Assembly: GCA_041571435.1 (NCBI GenBank)
Contig: JBFFUI010000002.1
Span: 64,001 to 128,000 of the forward strand
Source of the DNA: Sulfurimonadaceae bacterium
GTDB taxonomy: Bacteria > Campylobacterota > Campylobacteria > Campylobacterales > Sulfurimonadaceae
DNA length: 64,000 nt
Direction: 5' to 3'
The notes beneath the pieces were generated by a model. The model had not been told where the DNA came from and ran no database searches. It worked only from the letters and a program-made list of their open reading frames with translations. Of this stretch, positions 41,630 to 50,135 are shown piece by piece; position 1 is the stretch's first letter; each line of letters opens with the position of its first letter. A program made the position numbers and the translations under genes.

Positions 41630-42490
41630 CTAAAATGCCATATGGTCGACTATGATGAGCGCTAAAAAGATGATGCCTAGATAGCCGTTGATGGTGAAAA
41701 AAGCACGGTCTATCTTGGTAAAATCCTTACGTACCAGGTAATGTTCATACGAGAGCATCACGGCACTGAATACGACTGCCAGCCACGCAAAATTGCCCAG
41801 TTCAGCACTCCAGACAAACAGTGCCCAGAAAAGAAGGGCAAGCAGATGGAAGAGTGTTGAGATCAGCATCGTTACCTCTGCTCCATACTTGGAAGGAATA
41901 GAGTGCAGACCATGTCTTACATCAAAGTCGATATCCTGTAGTGAATACAAGAGATCAAATCCAGCAACCCAGAACATCACACCGATACTCAGCAGGACTG
42001 TCCAGAGGGGAATGGCCGCTTCTACTGCGATCGAACCCGCTATGGGTGCAAGACCAAGCGAGAGACCGAGTACGATATGGGCCCAGGAACTAAAACGTTT
42101 AAAGTAGGAGTATGAGCCCAGGACGAGAAGCATCGGAAAGCTCAGATAAAAAGCAAGGTCATTGATCATGTACGCCACTGCAACAAACACTATGGCGTTG
42201 ACAACAGTAAAGACGAAGATCGAACTGGCATCCAAGCGTCCGTCAACACTCGGACGATTTTGCGTCCGCGGGTTCTCCGCATCAAACGCTCTGTCAGCAT
42301 AGCGGTTCAGTCCCATCGCAAAATTACGGGCAGTGATCGCCGCTAGGACACCTAAAAAAAGAAGCCCGAAACCAAACCAACCTTTAGCTGAGACGATCAT
42401 GGCGATAAAAATAAAAGGGAGAGAGAAGATGGAGTGTTGGAACATCACCAGTTCATTAAAATACTTAAGTCGTTGAAACATTCTTTGCAA
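41630..42490 (-). CDS. mqnP: UbiA-family prenyltransferase MqnP (futalosine menaquinone pathway)
   Basis: FQHSIFSLPF, NRYADRAFDAENPRT..RP, YSYFKRF, WVAGFDLLYSLQD. Confidence 0.9.
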   Translation of the reverse strand: MQRMFQRLKYFNELVMFQHSIFSLPFIFIAMIVSAKGWFGFGLLFLGVLAAITARNFAMGLNRYADRAFDAENPRTQNRPSVDGRLDASSIFVFTVVNAIVFVAVAYMINDLAFYLSFPMLLVLGSYSYFKRFSSWAHIVLGLSLGLAPIAGSIAVEAAIPLWTVLLSIGVMFWVAGFDLLYSLQDIDFDVRHGLHSIPSKYGAEVTMLISTLFHLLALLFWALFVWSAELGNFAWLAVVFSAVMLSYEHYLVRKDFTKIDRAFFTINGYLGIIFLALIIVDHMAF

Positions 42491-42570
42491 CTATGATCTC
42501 CTTGGCAACACATCGTTTTTGTAGGCATATTTTAGCGTAATTCAATAGCGCATGCTCTGTTTTTGGCTTC

Positions 42571-43450
42571 TTATCTATCCATGCTGTTTTGTTCGTAAAA
42601 ATGCATTTCACTGTTAAACGGAATGCGTCCGTCCAACGCAGTGTCCATCGTGCTAAGAAGATCCGCTTTTACCTGTGGGAGATGGATGCACTCTACATGA
42701 CCAGCTCCCTCGACGATCCACAATGCTTTGGGCTCTTTTGCCTTTATATAGAGATCGACCGAGTTGCTCGGTTCTATGATCTCATCGTTAAGCCCCACCA
42801 TAAAGAGCATCGGTGTTGCCGGTTTATCGACAAAGTCTATGGAGTCAACGCCTTACGGCGTGAACACTTCCGGAACCCAGATCCACGGCCACTATAGAAT
42901 ATACTTTTTCATCAAATCCTTCCCTGTCGATGCAAAGCCTCTCATCGTCGAATCGATGACGAGCATTCTGACGTAGGGGTACCGCTTTTTTGCCGCAGCA
43001 TCGATGACGAACGATCCGCCCATCGACTGGCCGACAAGAACCATCGGGGAGATCCTTGTTCAATAGATGTGCGTATTCGATAGCCGAACTGACATCATCG
43101 ACAAAACCGAACATATCGACCTCACCCGAGGACTCACCGTAGCCGCGGTAGTCAAAAATGAACAGGTCATACCCTTGTTCAGGAAGCCATGTCCACGCTT
43201 TGAAACGTTCCGACATGTTAAAAATCATATCATTCGCTACAACGACAACACCCTTTGACGGCCCGTTTGAGTTGAACAGCCAGCCCCTCAGCAGCGCCCC
43301 ATGCGAGCTCTCAAAATAGAACTCTTGGTAACCATACGCATAGTTCACAGGTGAATCATACGCCTTGGTGTCTGCGGGGAAAATGGCATTTTTGCTGCAA
43401 CCGCTCATAAGCGTCACGATAATAAACGATGATAACAGATATTTTAACAT
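42571..43450 (-). pseudogene. Disrupted alpha/beta-hydrolase lipoprotein
   Basis: Lipobox MSG-C, FDYRGYGES; extra base in the G4 run at 43046-43049 just before GQSMGG; in-frame TAG at 42892-42894 and TAA at 42853-42855; then GLNDEII and GAGH. Confidence 0.85.
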
Positions 43451-43498
43451 GCAATATTCTATCGCAAAACCGTGCGGCTGTATCTTACCCCGTATATC

Positions 43499-43507
43499 TG
43501 TTATAAT
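43499..43507 (+). promoter_or_regulatory. Extended -10 promoter, probable leaderless miaA transcript
   Basis: TGtTATAAT, 6 nt, ATG at 43514; no RBS. Confidence 0.65.
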
Positions 43508-43513
43508 TTCGCC

Positions 43514-44404
43514 ATGAAACAGATCGCAATCATCGGTCCTACTGCCTCGGGTAAAAGTGACCTTGCCATAGAGATGGCACTCAGACACAATGCCTATATC
43601 CTCTCAATCGATTCACTCAGTATCTATAAAGAGATCGATATCGCCTCGGCCAAGCCGACAGTCGCTGAATTGGCAAAGGTAAAGCATTTCGGTATCGATG
43701 TGCTCTACCCTGACGAGCACTTCAGTGTCGCTATCTTCATTGAGCTGTATCAAAAAGTGGTCAATGAAGCCCGAAAAGATGGTAAAAACCTTATTATTGT
43801 GGGTGGTACAAGTTTCTATCTGAAGAGTCTGATCAGCGGCCTTTCCGAACTGCCGGATTACACGCAATCAACCATAACACAGGTAGAAAAGATGCTACTG
43901 GATCTGCCATCGGCCTATGCATATCTTGTCGATATCGACAGCGATTACATGCAGGCCATAGAGCCTACCGATGCCTACCGCATTGAGAAGATGCTGTTGC
44001 TGGTTATAGAGAGTAAGATGAGCCCGACCGCTTGGTTTGCAGCACACCCGCCGAAGCCGGTCGTCACGTCACTAGATATCTTCAATATTGATGTGGAACG
44101 CGACGTGCTTCGCCAACGCATTGTCAAACGTACCCACAATATGGCCGAATCCGGACTGATCGATGAAGTAACAATGCTGGAACATAAATACGGCAGGAAC
44201 CATAATGCGATGAAAGCGATCGGGATTATCGAGGTACTGGAGTATCTGGACGGAGAGTGTTCCAAAGAGGCGATGGTCGAAAATATCATCACCCATACGG
44301 CCCAGCTGGCAAAACGCCAGCAGACCTTTAACAGAACACAGTTTCCAGCGACCGTCTCGGCCGAACTTGATGCTCTGCCAAGACTGATTGACAACGCCTT
44401 TTAG
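43514..44404 (+). CDS. miaA: tRNA dimethylallyltransferase
   Basis: GPTASGKS, SIDS..IYK..DI.SAKP, VGGT.FY, AKRQ.TF. Confidence 0.96.
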   Translation: MKQIAIIGPTASGKSDLAIEMALRHNAYILSIDSLSIYKEIDIASAKPTVAELAKVKHFGIDVLYPDEHFSVAIFIELYQKVVNEARKDGKNLIIVGGTSFYLKSLISGLSELPDYTQSTITQVEKMLLDLPSAYAYLVDIDSDYMQAIEPTDAYRIEKMLLLVIESKMSPTAWFAAHPPKPVVTSLDIFNIDVERDVLRQRIVKRTHNMAESGLIDEVTMLEHKYGRNHNAMKAIGIIEVLEYLDGECSKEAMVENIITHTAQLAKRQQTFNRTQFPATVSAELDALPRLIDNAF

Positions 44405-44417
44405 CGTTTTGTCTGTT

Positions 44418-45014
44418 TTATTTCTCTAACGGGTTCCCGTTGAGCATATACGTTTTTTTGTCTTTAAAGCTGATCGTCTTGTAGACCCACTTGTTACGCC
44501 AGTATTTCCACGTGTCATACTCAAGTGACGCCGTTGCATGCTTAGGCGGGTAACCGCGCGCTACAATAAGTGCTTCCTTACTGATGCCTGCTTTGTAAAA
44601 ACCTGCAAAATCATTGATGAAAGTTTGCTCGTTTTTTGTAAACTTTGAAAGGTTGACTTTTTTCGCACCGAAATAGAGTGGCAACAGCTCTTCGGTTTTT
44701 CTCATCGTGTATTTGTTGACATTAATGTACGTCAACTGGATACCCGGATGGGCCACCTCTTCAAACGTGATCTCTTTTGACGACATCGAAATAATTTTGA
44801 CTGCCGTATTGACCGGAATCTTGCGTCCAACAGAGTAGTTGATCCCGTTGATCTTTCCTTTATCTTCCCACATCGCCGTCTGCGTATAGACGGTACCGCT
44901 CATCTGCTTCGGTACTTCGACCTTGACTCCAGCAGCACGGCCACACCCTGAAAAAGCTGTCGCAGCGGCTATCGCTATGATCAGTACGGTTAACGGTTTG
45001 AACCATTGTCTCAT
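44418..45014 (-). CDS. Hypothetical lipoprotein
   Basis: Lipobox FSG-C; C-terminal GISKE....RGYPP...W.YW segment reminiscent of SmpA/BamE-like folds. Confidence 0.75.
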   Translation of the reverse strand: MRQWFKPLTVLIIAIAAATAFSGCGRAAGVKVEVPKQMSGTVYTQTAMWEDKGKINGINYSVGRKIPVNTAVKIISMSSKEITFEEVAHPGIQLTYINVNKYTMRKTEELLPLYFGAKKVNLSKFTKNEQTFINDFAGFYKAGISKEALIVARGYPPKHATASLEYDTWKYWRNKWVYKTISFKDKKTYMLNGNPLEK

Positions 45015-45199
45015 TTCGTCTCCTTGATAGAATATGACAATTTATAACAGGAACAATCTTCAGATCATGTAAAAAAGTTGATTGCGGTAAAAGATTCTGG
45101 CAAATGGAACTTTTTCCTCTACGTATACACCGCTTGAATTGATGCATGTTTTACGATCTTTGCTGTATGATTACAGCAATATAAAAAGAAGGAAATTCT

Positions 45200-45652
45200 T
45201 TGGGTGAGACCATTGCGAAAAACAAAAAAGCCTATCACGATTACAGCATCGAAGAGAAGTTTGAAGCCGGTATTGTCTTAAAAGGGAGCGAGATCAAAGC
45301 GATCCGCGCCGGACGGGTCAACCTCAAAGACAGCTTTATTCGCATCGACGATGGCGAGGTCGTTCTCTTTAATGCCCACATCGGCCTTCTGGACACGACC
45401 CATCACTATTACCGCCATGAAGAACGCGGCGCGCGTAAACTGCTTCTGCATAAAAAAGAGATCGTCAAACTTGAGCGAGCGGTCCAACGTGACGGTATGA
45501 CCATCGTGCCGCTCATCATGTACTACAACCACAAGAACATCGTCAAACTACAGATCGCTATCGCCAAAGGTAAAAAACTGCACGACAAACGTCAGGACCT
45601 CAAAGAGAAAGATCAAAAGAGAGATATCGCCAGAGCGATGAAGGATTACTAG
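45200..45652 (+). CDS. smpB: SsrA-binding protein
   Basis: [40 protein letters not shown]. Confidence 0.98.
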   Translation: MGETIAKNKKAYHDYSIEEKFEAGIVLKGSEIKAIRAGRVNLKDSFIRIDDGEVVLFNAHIGLLDTTHHYYRHEERGARKLLLHKKEIVKLERAVQRDGMTIVPLIMYYNHKNIVKLQIAIAKGKKLHDKRQDLKEKDQKRDIARAMKDY

Positions 45653-45657
45653 CGTTT

Positions 45658-45987
45658 TTACGTCAGCCGTAATGCTTGAAACAGTGTAATCCCGACAGCT
45701 GCCGTCGCCAAGGCGATCGCCGCATAGTCCGCCATCTTGATCTTTTTATAGATGGCGGAGAGTTCCGGGTCGTTCAGCTCTTCGAATTTTTTGGAACGGA
45801 TATACTTAACGGCATTACGAAACGAGTCGTCTGCGAGCTGAATCCGCCATTTTGGTCTGCCCATCTGCTTATAAAGTTCGTTGTGGGCCTTCTCAAGCCG
45901 GTTAAAAAAAGCCTGCGTCACCAAGATCTGTACCAGCATGGCAACAATGAAAAACAGTGCTGAGAGCGTAAAAAGTGTATTAAACAT
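45658..45987 (-). CDS. Small two-TM membrane protein
   Basis: 109 aa, N- and C-terminal TMs, GAGG RBS. Confidence 0.7.
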   Translation of the reverse strand: MFNTLFTLSALFFIVAMLVQILVTQAFFNRLEKAHNELYKQMGRPKWRIQLADDSFRNAVKYIRSKKFEELNDPELSAIYKKIKMADYAAIALATAAVGITLFQALRLT

Positions 45988-46170
45988 TAATCCTCTATGT
46001 TATTGGGTAGTAAAGCCGGTTCCGAGAAATACGGCATCTTGTTATATGCAAAGGCTGCATAATATTTTGGTACATCATGATCACCAAAGTAGTCAACGGT
46101 TAAATGCCAATTATACTGGGATAGCATTAAAAAAAGATAGATGAATGTTTAAAAATTAGATGAAAGAGGC

Positions 46171-46188
46171 GACTGCCAAAAGGCAGTC
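46171..46188 (-). terminator. Terminator after rplS
   Basis: gactgcc-N4-ggcagtc followed by a pyrimidine-rich tail on the minus strand. Confidence 0.65.
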
Positions 46189-46197
46189 AGAAAGAAA

Positions 46198-46554
46198 CTA
46201 CTTACGTAGCTCTTTGATACGCGCTTTTTTACCTGCAAGTTCACGTAGGTAGAAAAGTTTAGCACGACGTACACGACCGCGACGAAGTACTTTGATCTCA
46301 TTGATAGAATCAGTGTAGATCGGGAAGATACGCTCAATACCAACGCCGTTAGCGCCAATTTTACGTACAGTAACAGTTTGACCTGTACCCTGACCACGTT
46401 TAGCGATACATACACCCTCGTAATTTTGAACACGAGTTTTCTCGCCTTCTTTAATTGTTACAGCAAGGCGTAGTGTATCACCGGCACGGAATTCAGGAAT
46501 AGTTTTCGATGCGATTTGTGCTGCTTCGAAATTTTCAATATACTTATTTCTCAT
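46198..46554 (-). CDS. rplS: 50S ribosomal protein L19
   Basis: [28 protein letters not shown]. Confidence 0.98.
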   Translation of the reverse strand: MRNKYIENFEAAQIASKTIPEFRAGDTLRLAVTIKEGEKTRVQNYEGVCIAKRGQGTGQTVTVRKIGANGVGIERIFPIYTDSINEIKVLRRGRVRRAKLFYLRELAGKKARIKELRK

Positions 46555-47245
46555 AAGATGTCCTTTTTTTGTGCTTTATCAGCTGCTCAGGTCTGAAAAA
46601 CGAGGTCTTCGCTTCAGACATGGCATATTTTAGTGCGGAAATTTTACTGTGATTTCCCTTTATATATTCTGATGGAACCGCACTTCCCTCATATAAAGAT
46701 GGTTTTGAGAACGATGGTGCTTCTAAAAGTGGCGTTTCAAAGCTCTCTATGTCGAGAGATTCGCTGTTGCCAAGGACACCGTCGATGTTTCGAGCGATCG
46801 CATCGCTCATCACCAACGACGGAAGCTCCCCACCTGTCAAAACATAATCACCAATGCTAAAGAGCTCATCCGCAAATGTCTCGATAACACGTTCGTCAAT
46901 ACCCTCATAACGACCACTTACAAAGGCAATATGACTTTTTGATGCCAAACGCTTGGCATCATTTTGCCGAAACGGCTTACCAACCGGAGTGGTAAAGATG
47001 ATATGGACATCGCCCTGCTCTCTGAGTGCACTCAGTGCATCAAAAAGCGGTTGCGGCGTCATCACCATACCTGCTCCCCCACCTGCAGCCGTGTCATCGA
47101 CTTTCTGGTGTTTGTTGGTCGTATAGTCACGCGGATTGACAAAGTCGACCGTAAAAAGCCCTTTTTCTTGAGCTCTCTTGAGGATCGAATCCTGAAAATA
47201 CCCCTCTATCAGATTTTGAAAGAGCGTGACGTAGGTAAAACGCAA
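46544..47245 (-). CDS. trmD: tRNA (guanine37-N1)-methyltransferase
   Basis: VDD...[29 protein letters not shown]. Confidence 0.97.
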   Translation of the reverse strand: MRFTYVTLFQNLIEGYFQDSILKRAQEKGLFTVDFVNPRDYTTNKHQKVDDTAAGGGAGMVMTPQPLFDALSALREQGDVHIIFTTPVGKPFRQNDAKRLASKSHIAFVSGRYEGIDERVIETFADELFSIGDYVLTGGELPSLVMSDAIARNIDGVLGNSESLDIESFETPLLEAPSFSKPSLYEGSAVPSEYIKGNHSKISALKYAMSEAKTSFFRPEQLIKHKKRTSYEK

Positions 47246-47254
47246 ACTACTGAC

Positions 47255-47797
47255 CTATGAGGATTGCAAGAGATCGAGCGCGCCGGTAACGTCTATACGT
47301 CTGGCATCGACATCTGTGCTGAGAACAAAATGCGGCTGGTACGGGACCAGAAAGCTTTTACTCTCTCCTGCATTTACTAGCGCATCGTCGGTCGCGATAC
47401 TCAAGTAGTCGGTTATAGCAATGCGCTCAACCTCTTTCACAACACCAAGCCGCTGGTTGTTTTCATAGACCTCACAGCCTATGATATCAAACCAGAAGTG
47501 CTGGCCCTCTTCCAATTCACACTGTTCGCGTGTCGCTTCCATCGTTGTGAAAAGCTTGGTATTGGTCAGCTTCTTGGCACTCTCCATGCTCTCGTAGCCC
47601 TGGATCCTGATGGTCCCTCTGGCCTCGTTAACACTGTGGATAGTGAGTGTGTCTCCCTTTTGTGTATAGAAGGTTGCCCCCGCTACAAACTGTTCAGGAA
47701 AATCACTTTTGTCATGAAACTTCATGTCACCGTGCAAGCCGACAGTGCGGCCCAGCGTAGCGACATGAAGCATCTCTTTAATTGACGGCTTCGACAT
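47255..47797 (-). CDS. rimM: Ribosome maturation factor RimM
   Basis: GRTVGLHG, L.EG..FWFDIIG, FLVPY; start moved to ATG 47797. Confidence 0.93.
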   Translation of the reverse strand: MSKPSIKEMLHVATLGRTVGLHGDMKFHDKSDFPEQFVAGATFYTQKGDTLTIHSVNEARGTIRIQGYESMESAKKLTNTKLFTTMEATREQCELEEGQHFWFDIIGCEVYENNQRLGVVKEVERIAITDYLSIATDDALVNAGESKSFLVPYQPHFVLSTDVDARRIDVTGALDLLQSS

Positions 47798-48017
47798 TGA
47801 TCCGGTAACTCTTACCGTCTTTGGCTTTACAGCCGGAGATAAGTGTCTTAATCGCACCAATCATCTTGCCCTCTTTGCCGATGAGCTTGCCTACATCGGC
47901 CTGGTTAGCATGTAAAACGATCTCGATCATTTCATCACCTTCATGTGCTTCTACCTGGATATCTTCCGGATAGTTCGCGATCATTTTGGCAAATTGAGCG
48001 ACGAAATCAGTGACCAT
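47778..48017 (-). CDS. khpA: KH-domain RNA-binding protein
   Basis: DVGKLIGKEGKMI.AIKT; between rpsP and rimM. Confidence 0.9.
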   Translation of the reverse strand: MVTDFVAQFAKMIANYPEDIQVEAHEGDEMIEIVLHANQADVGKLIGKEGKMIGAIKTLISGCKAKDGKSYRINVEAVN

Positions 48018-48019
48018 GA

Positions 48020-48247
48020 CTATCTACCAGTGATTTTTTTAACGCGGTCACTCATTTGAGCACCAACGCTTAGCCAGTAGTCAAGACGTTCATTGTCTAC
48101 GACTAGTGTTTTCTCATCGTTCATCGGGTTGTAGTGACCGATAAGTTCGATCCAACCACCATCACGACGTTTACGAGAATCTGTTACCGCGATACGGTAG
48201 AAAGGCTGTTTTTTACGACCCATACGAGTTAGTCTGATAACTGTCAT
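48020..48247 (-). CDS. rpsP: 30S ribosomal protein S16
   Basis: [15 protein letters not shown]...[14 protein letters not shown]. Confidence 0.98.
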   Translation of the reverse strand: MTVIRLTRMGRKKQPFYRIAVTDSRKRRDGGWIELIGHYNPMNDEKTLVVDNERLDYWLSVGAQMSDRVKKITGR

Positions 48248-48517
48248 ATTTGTTCCTGTGTATTGTATTACCCATTGCTGGTTACATCTGTCGTCAGAAC
48301 ATCATAAAGAAGATAGGGGGAAAGCGGTTAAAGAGAGTGCAAAAACACTATAGATAATACTTTCCTCTTACCGTCTGTATGCGGACGTACACATGTAACC
48401 GGCAGAAAGGTTAAAGAAAACCCCTTGCAGGGACTCTCTTTAAACTTTATCCGGTCACTTTCATCTTCTTATCACAGAGGTATTGTTTAAGAAAATGTAA
48501 ATTGAAATGAAAGTATA
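48248..48517 (-). promoter_or_regulatory. Promoter plus about 260-nt structured leader of the rpsP operon
   Basis: TATACT -10 at 48512-48517 (minus strand); several long complementary arms (see findings). Confidence 0.5.
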
Positions 48518-48591
48518 GCGAAAAAAGCCAAAACTTCCAAGTTCAGTGATTACGCACCATTAAGACGTCTGTCTTAGATGCGACTACAGCG

Positions 48592-49935
48592 TTAACGAGG
48601 GAACCCGCCGCCCTTCATCTGACCCATCATCGCCTGAAGATCCTGCATCCCTTTTTTACCAGAGAACTTTTTCGCCATCTTCGCAGCATTTTTAAACTGC
48701 TTCAAAACGCGGTTGACCTCCACCTGGCTCATACCGCATCCGTTGGCAATACGCAGCTTGCGGCTGTTGTTGAGAAGGTCCGGATCCTCACGCTCTTTTT
48801 TGGTCATCGAACTGACCATCGCTTTGATCTGTTTGATCTCTTTCGAGTTCTCCATGTCAAAATCTTTGAGCGCTTTGGACATGTCGCCCATACCAGGTAT
48901 CATCCCCATAATGGACTTCATAGAGCCCATCTTTTTCATCGCCTCCATCTGCTCTAAAAAGTCATTAAAGTTGAACTTCCCTTTTTTGATCTTTTTGGTG
49001 AGCTCTTTGGCTTTTTTCTCATCGATGACGTTGGCTGTTCTTTCGGCAAGCCCTTCGATATCACCAAAGCCCATTAGACGGTTGACGATACGCTCCGGCA
49101 AAAAGACCTCAAGGTCTTCCATCTTCTCTCCGCTACCGATAAAACGAAGCGGCACTTCGACCTGAGAAGCGATACCAAGAGCAACCCCGCCTTTGGCATC
49201 ACCATCATACTTGCTCAGGATGACCCCGTCAATACCGATCTGCTCTTTAAAGCTTGTCGCGGTTCGAACGGCATCTTGACCCGTCATCGAATCAGCGACA
49301 TAGAAGATCTCTGAAGGGTTCGCAACATCTTTGACGGCTTTAAGCTCAGCCATCAGCTCTTCATCGATCGCAAGACGACCGGCTGTATCGATCAAAACGA
49401 CATCATAAAGGTTTGCACGCGCCTGCTCGAGCCCGGCCTTGACCACCTCGACCGGTTTGCCCGCTTCATCAGCAAAGAGATCGACTTCGATCTTCTCGGT
49501 GATCTGGCGCAGCTGCTCCACCGCAGCTAGACGCTGAAGGTCAGCGGCGATGATCAGTACTTTTTTCTTCTTCTGCTCTTTCAGAAACGTAGCAAGTTTA
49601 CCGGTTGTCGTTGTCTTACCGGAACCCTGCAGACCTGTCATCAAAATAACAGTAGGTGGGTTTGGTGCGAAGACGAACCCCTGGTTGCCCTTGACATCCA
49701 ATATGGCACTGAGACTCTCACGCATTGCCTCGAGGAACTGATCCTTACCGATCCCTGCCATTTTGGTCTTGTGCTCGACCTCAGCGATCAGAGAACGCAC
49801 AACACCGTGGTGTACGTCAGCTTTTAACAGTGACTTTTTAAGCTCGCCAAGGGCTTTTTTCAGGGCCTTTTCATCATCATGAAAACGGATCTTTTTTATG
49901 GCCGATGTAAACGAATCTGTCAATGTATCAAACAC
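48592..49935 (-). CDS. ffh: Signal recognition particle protein
   Basis: GLQGSGKTTT, DTAGR, Met-rich M domain, SRK.RIA.G.G. Confidence 0.98.
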   Translation of the reverse strand: MFDTLTDSFTSAIKKIRFHDDEKALKKALGELKKSLLKADVHHGVVRSLIAEVEHKTKMAGIGKDQFLEAMRESLSAILDVKGNQGFVFAPNPPTVILMTGLQGSGKTTTTGKLATFLKEQKKKKVLIIAADLQRLAAVEQLRQITEKIEVDLFADEAGKPVEVVKAGLEQARANLYDVVLIDTAGRLAIDEELMAELKAVKDVANPSEIFYVADSMTGQDAVRTATSFKEQIGIDGVILSKYDGDAKGGVALGIASQVEVPLRFIGSGEKMEDLEVFLPERIVNRLMGFGDIEGLAERTANVIDEKKAKELTKKIKKGKFNFNDFLEQMEAMKKMGSMKSIMGMIPGMGDMSKALKDFDMENSKEIKQIKAMVSSMTKKEREDPDLLNNSRKLRIANGCGMSQVEVNRVLKQFKNAAKMAKKFSGKKGMQDLQAMMGQMKGGGFPR

Positions 49936-50135
49936 ATTGTCTCCTCAATGAATTATATGGTTCCGCAGTCCTACTGCCGGAATGAAGTAGCGAATTATAA
50001 CTAAACATTACTTTGGAGAAACTCTGTCTGTTTTCCCCCAAATCAGTACTTTTTGACACTTATTTTGCAGAATCGTCTTTTCTTAAAAAAGATTTGTAAA
50101 TCGCGGCTGTGCTATCTTTCGATAGGGTTGATCTG

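Noticed and set aside
43046-43049. Phase-variable homopolymer in the hydrolase
   Set aside because: Only 4 nt long, and two further stop codons would prevent reversion.
45015-45199. tmRNA near smpB
   Set aside because: Region too short and no tRNA-like ends.
48248-48591. SRP RNA or 6S RNA next to ffh
   Set aside because: No SRP CAGG..GNRA..AGCA core; a 6S call cannot be supported without a covariance search, so it is kept only as a structured leader.
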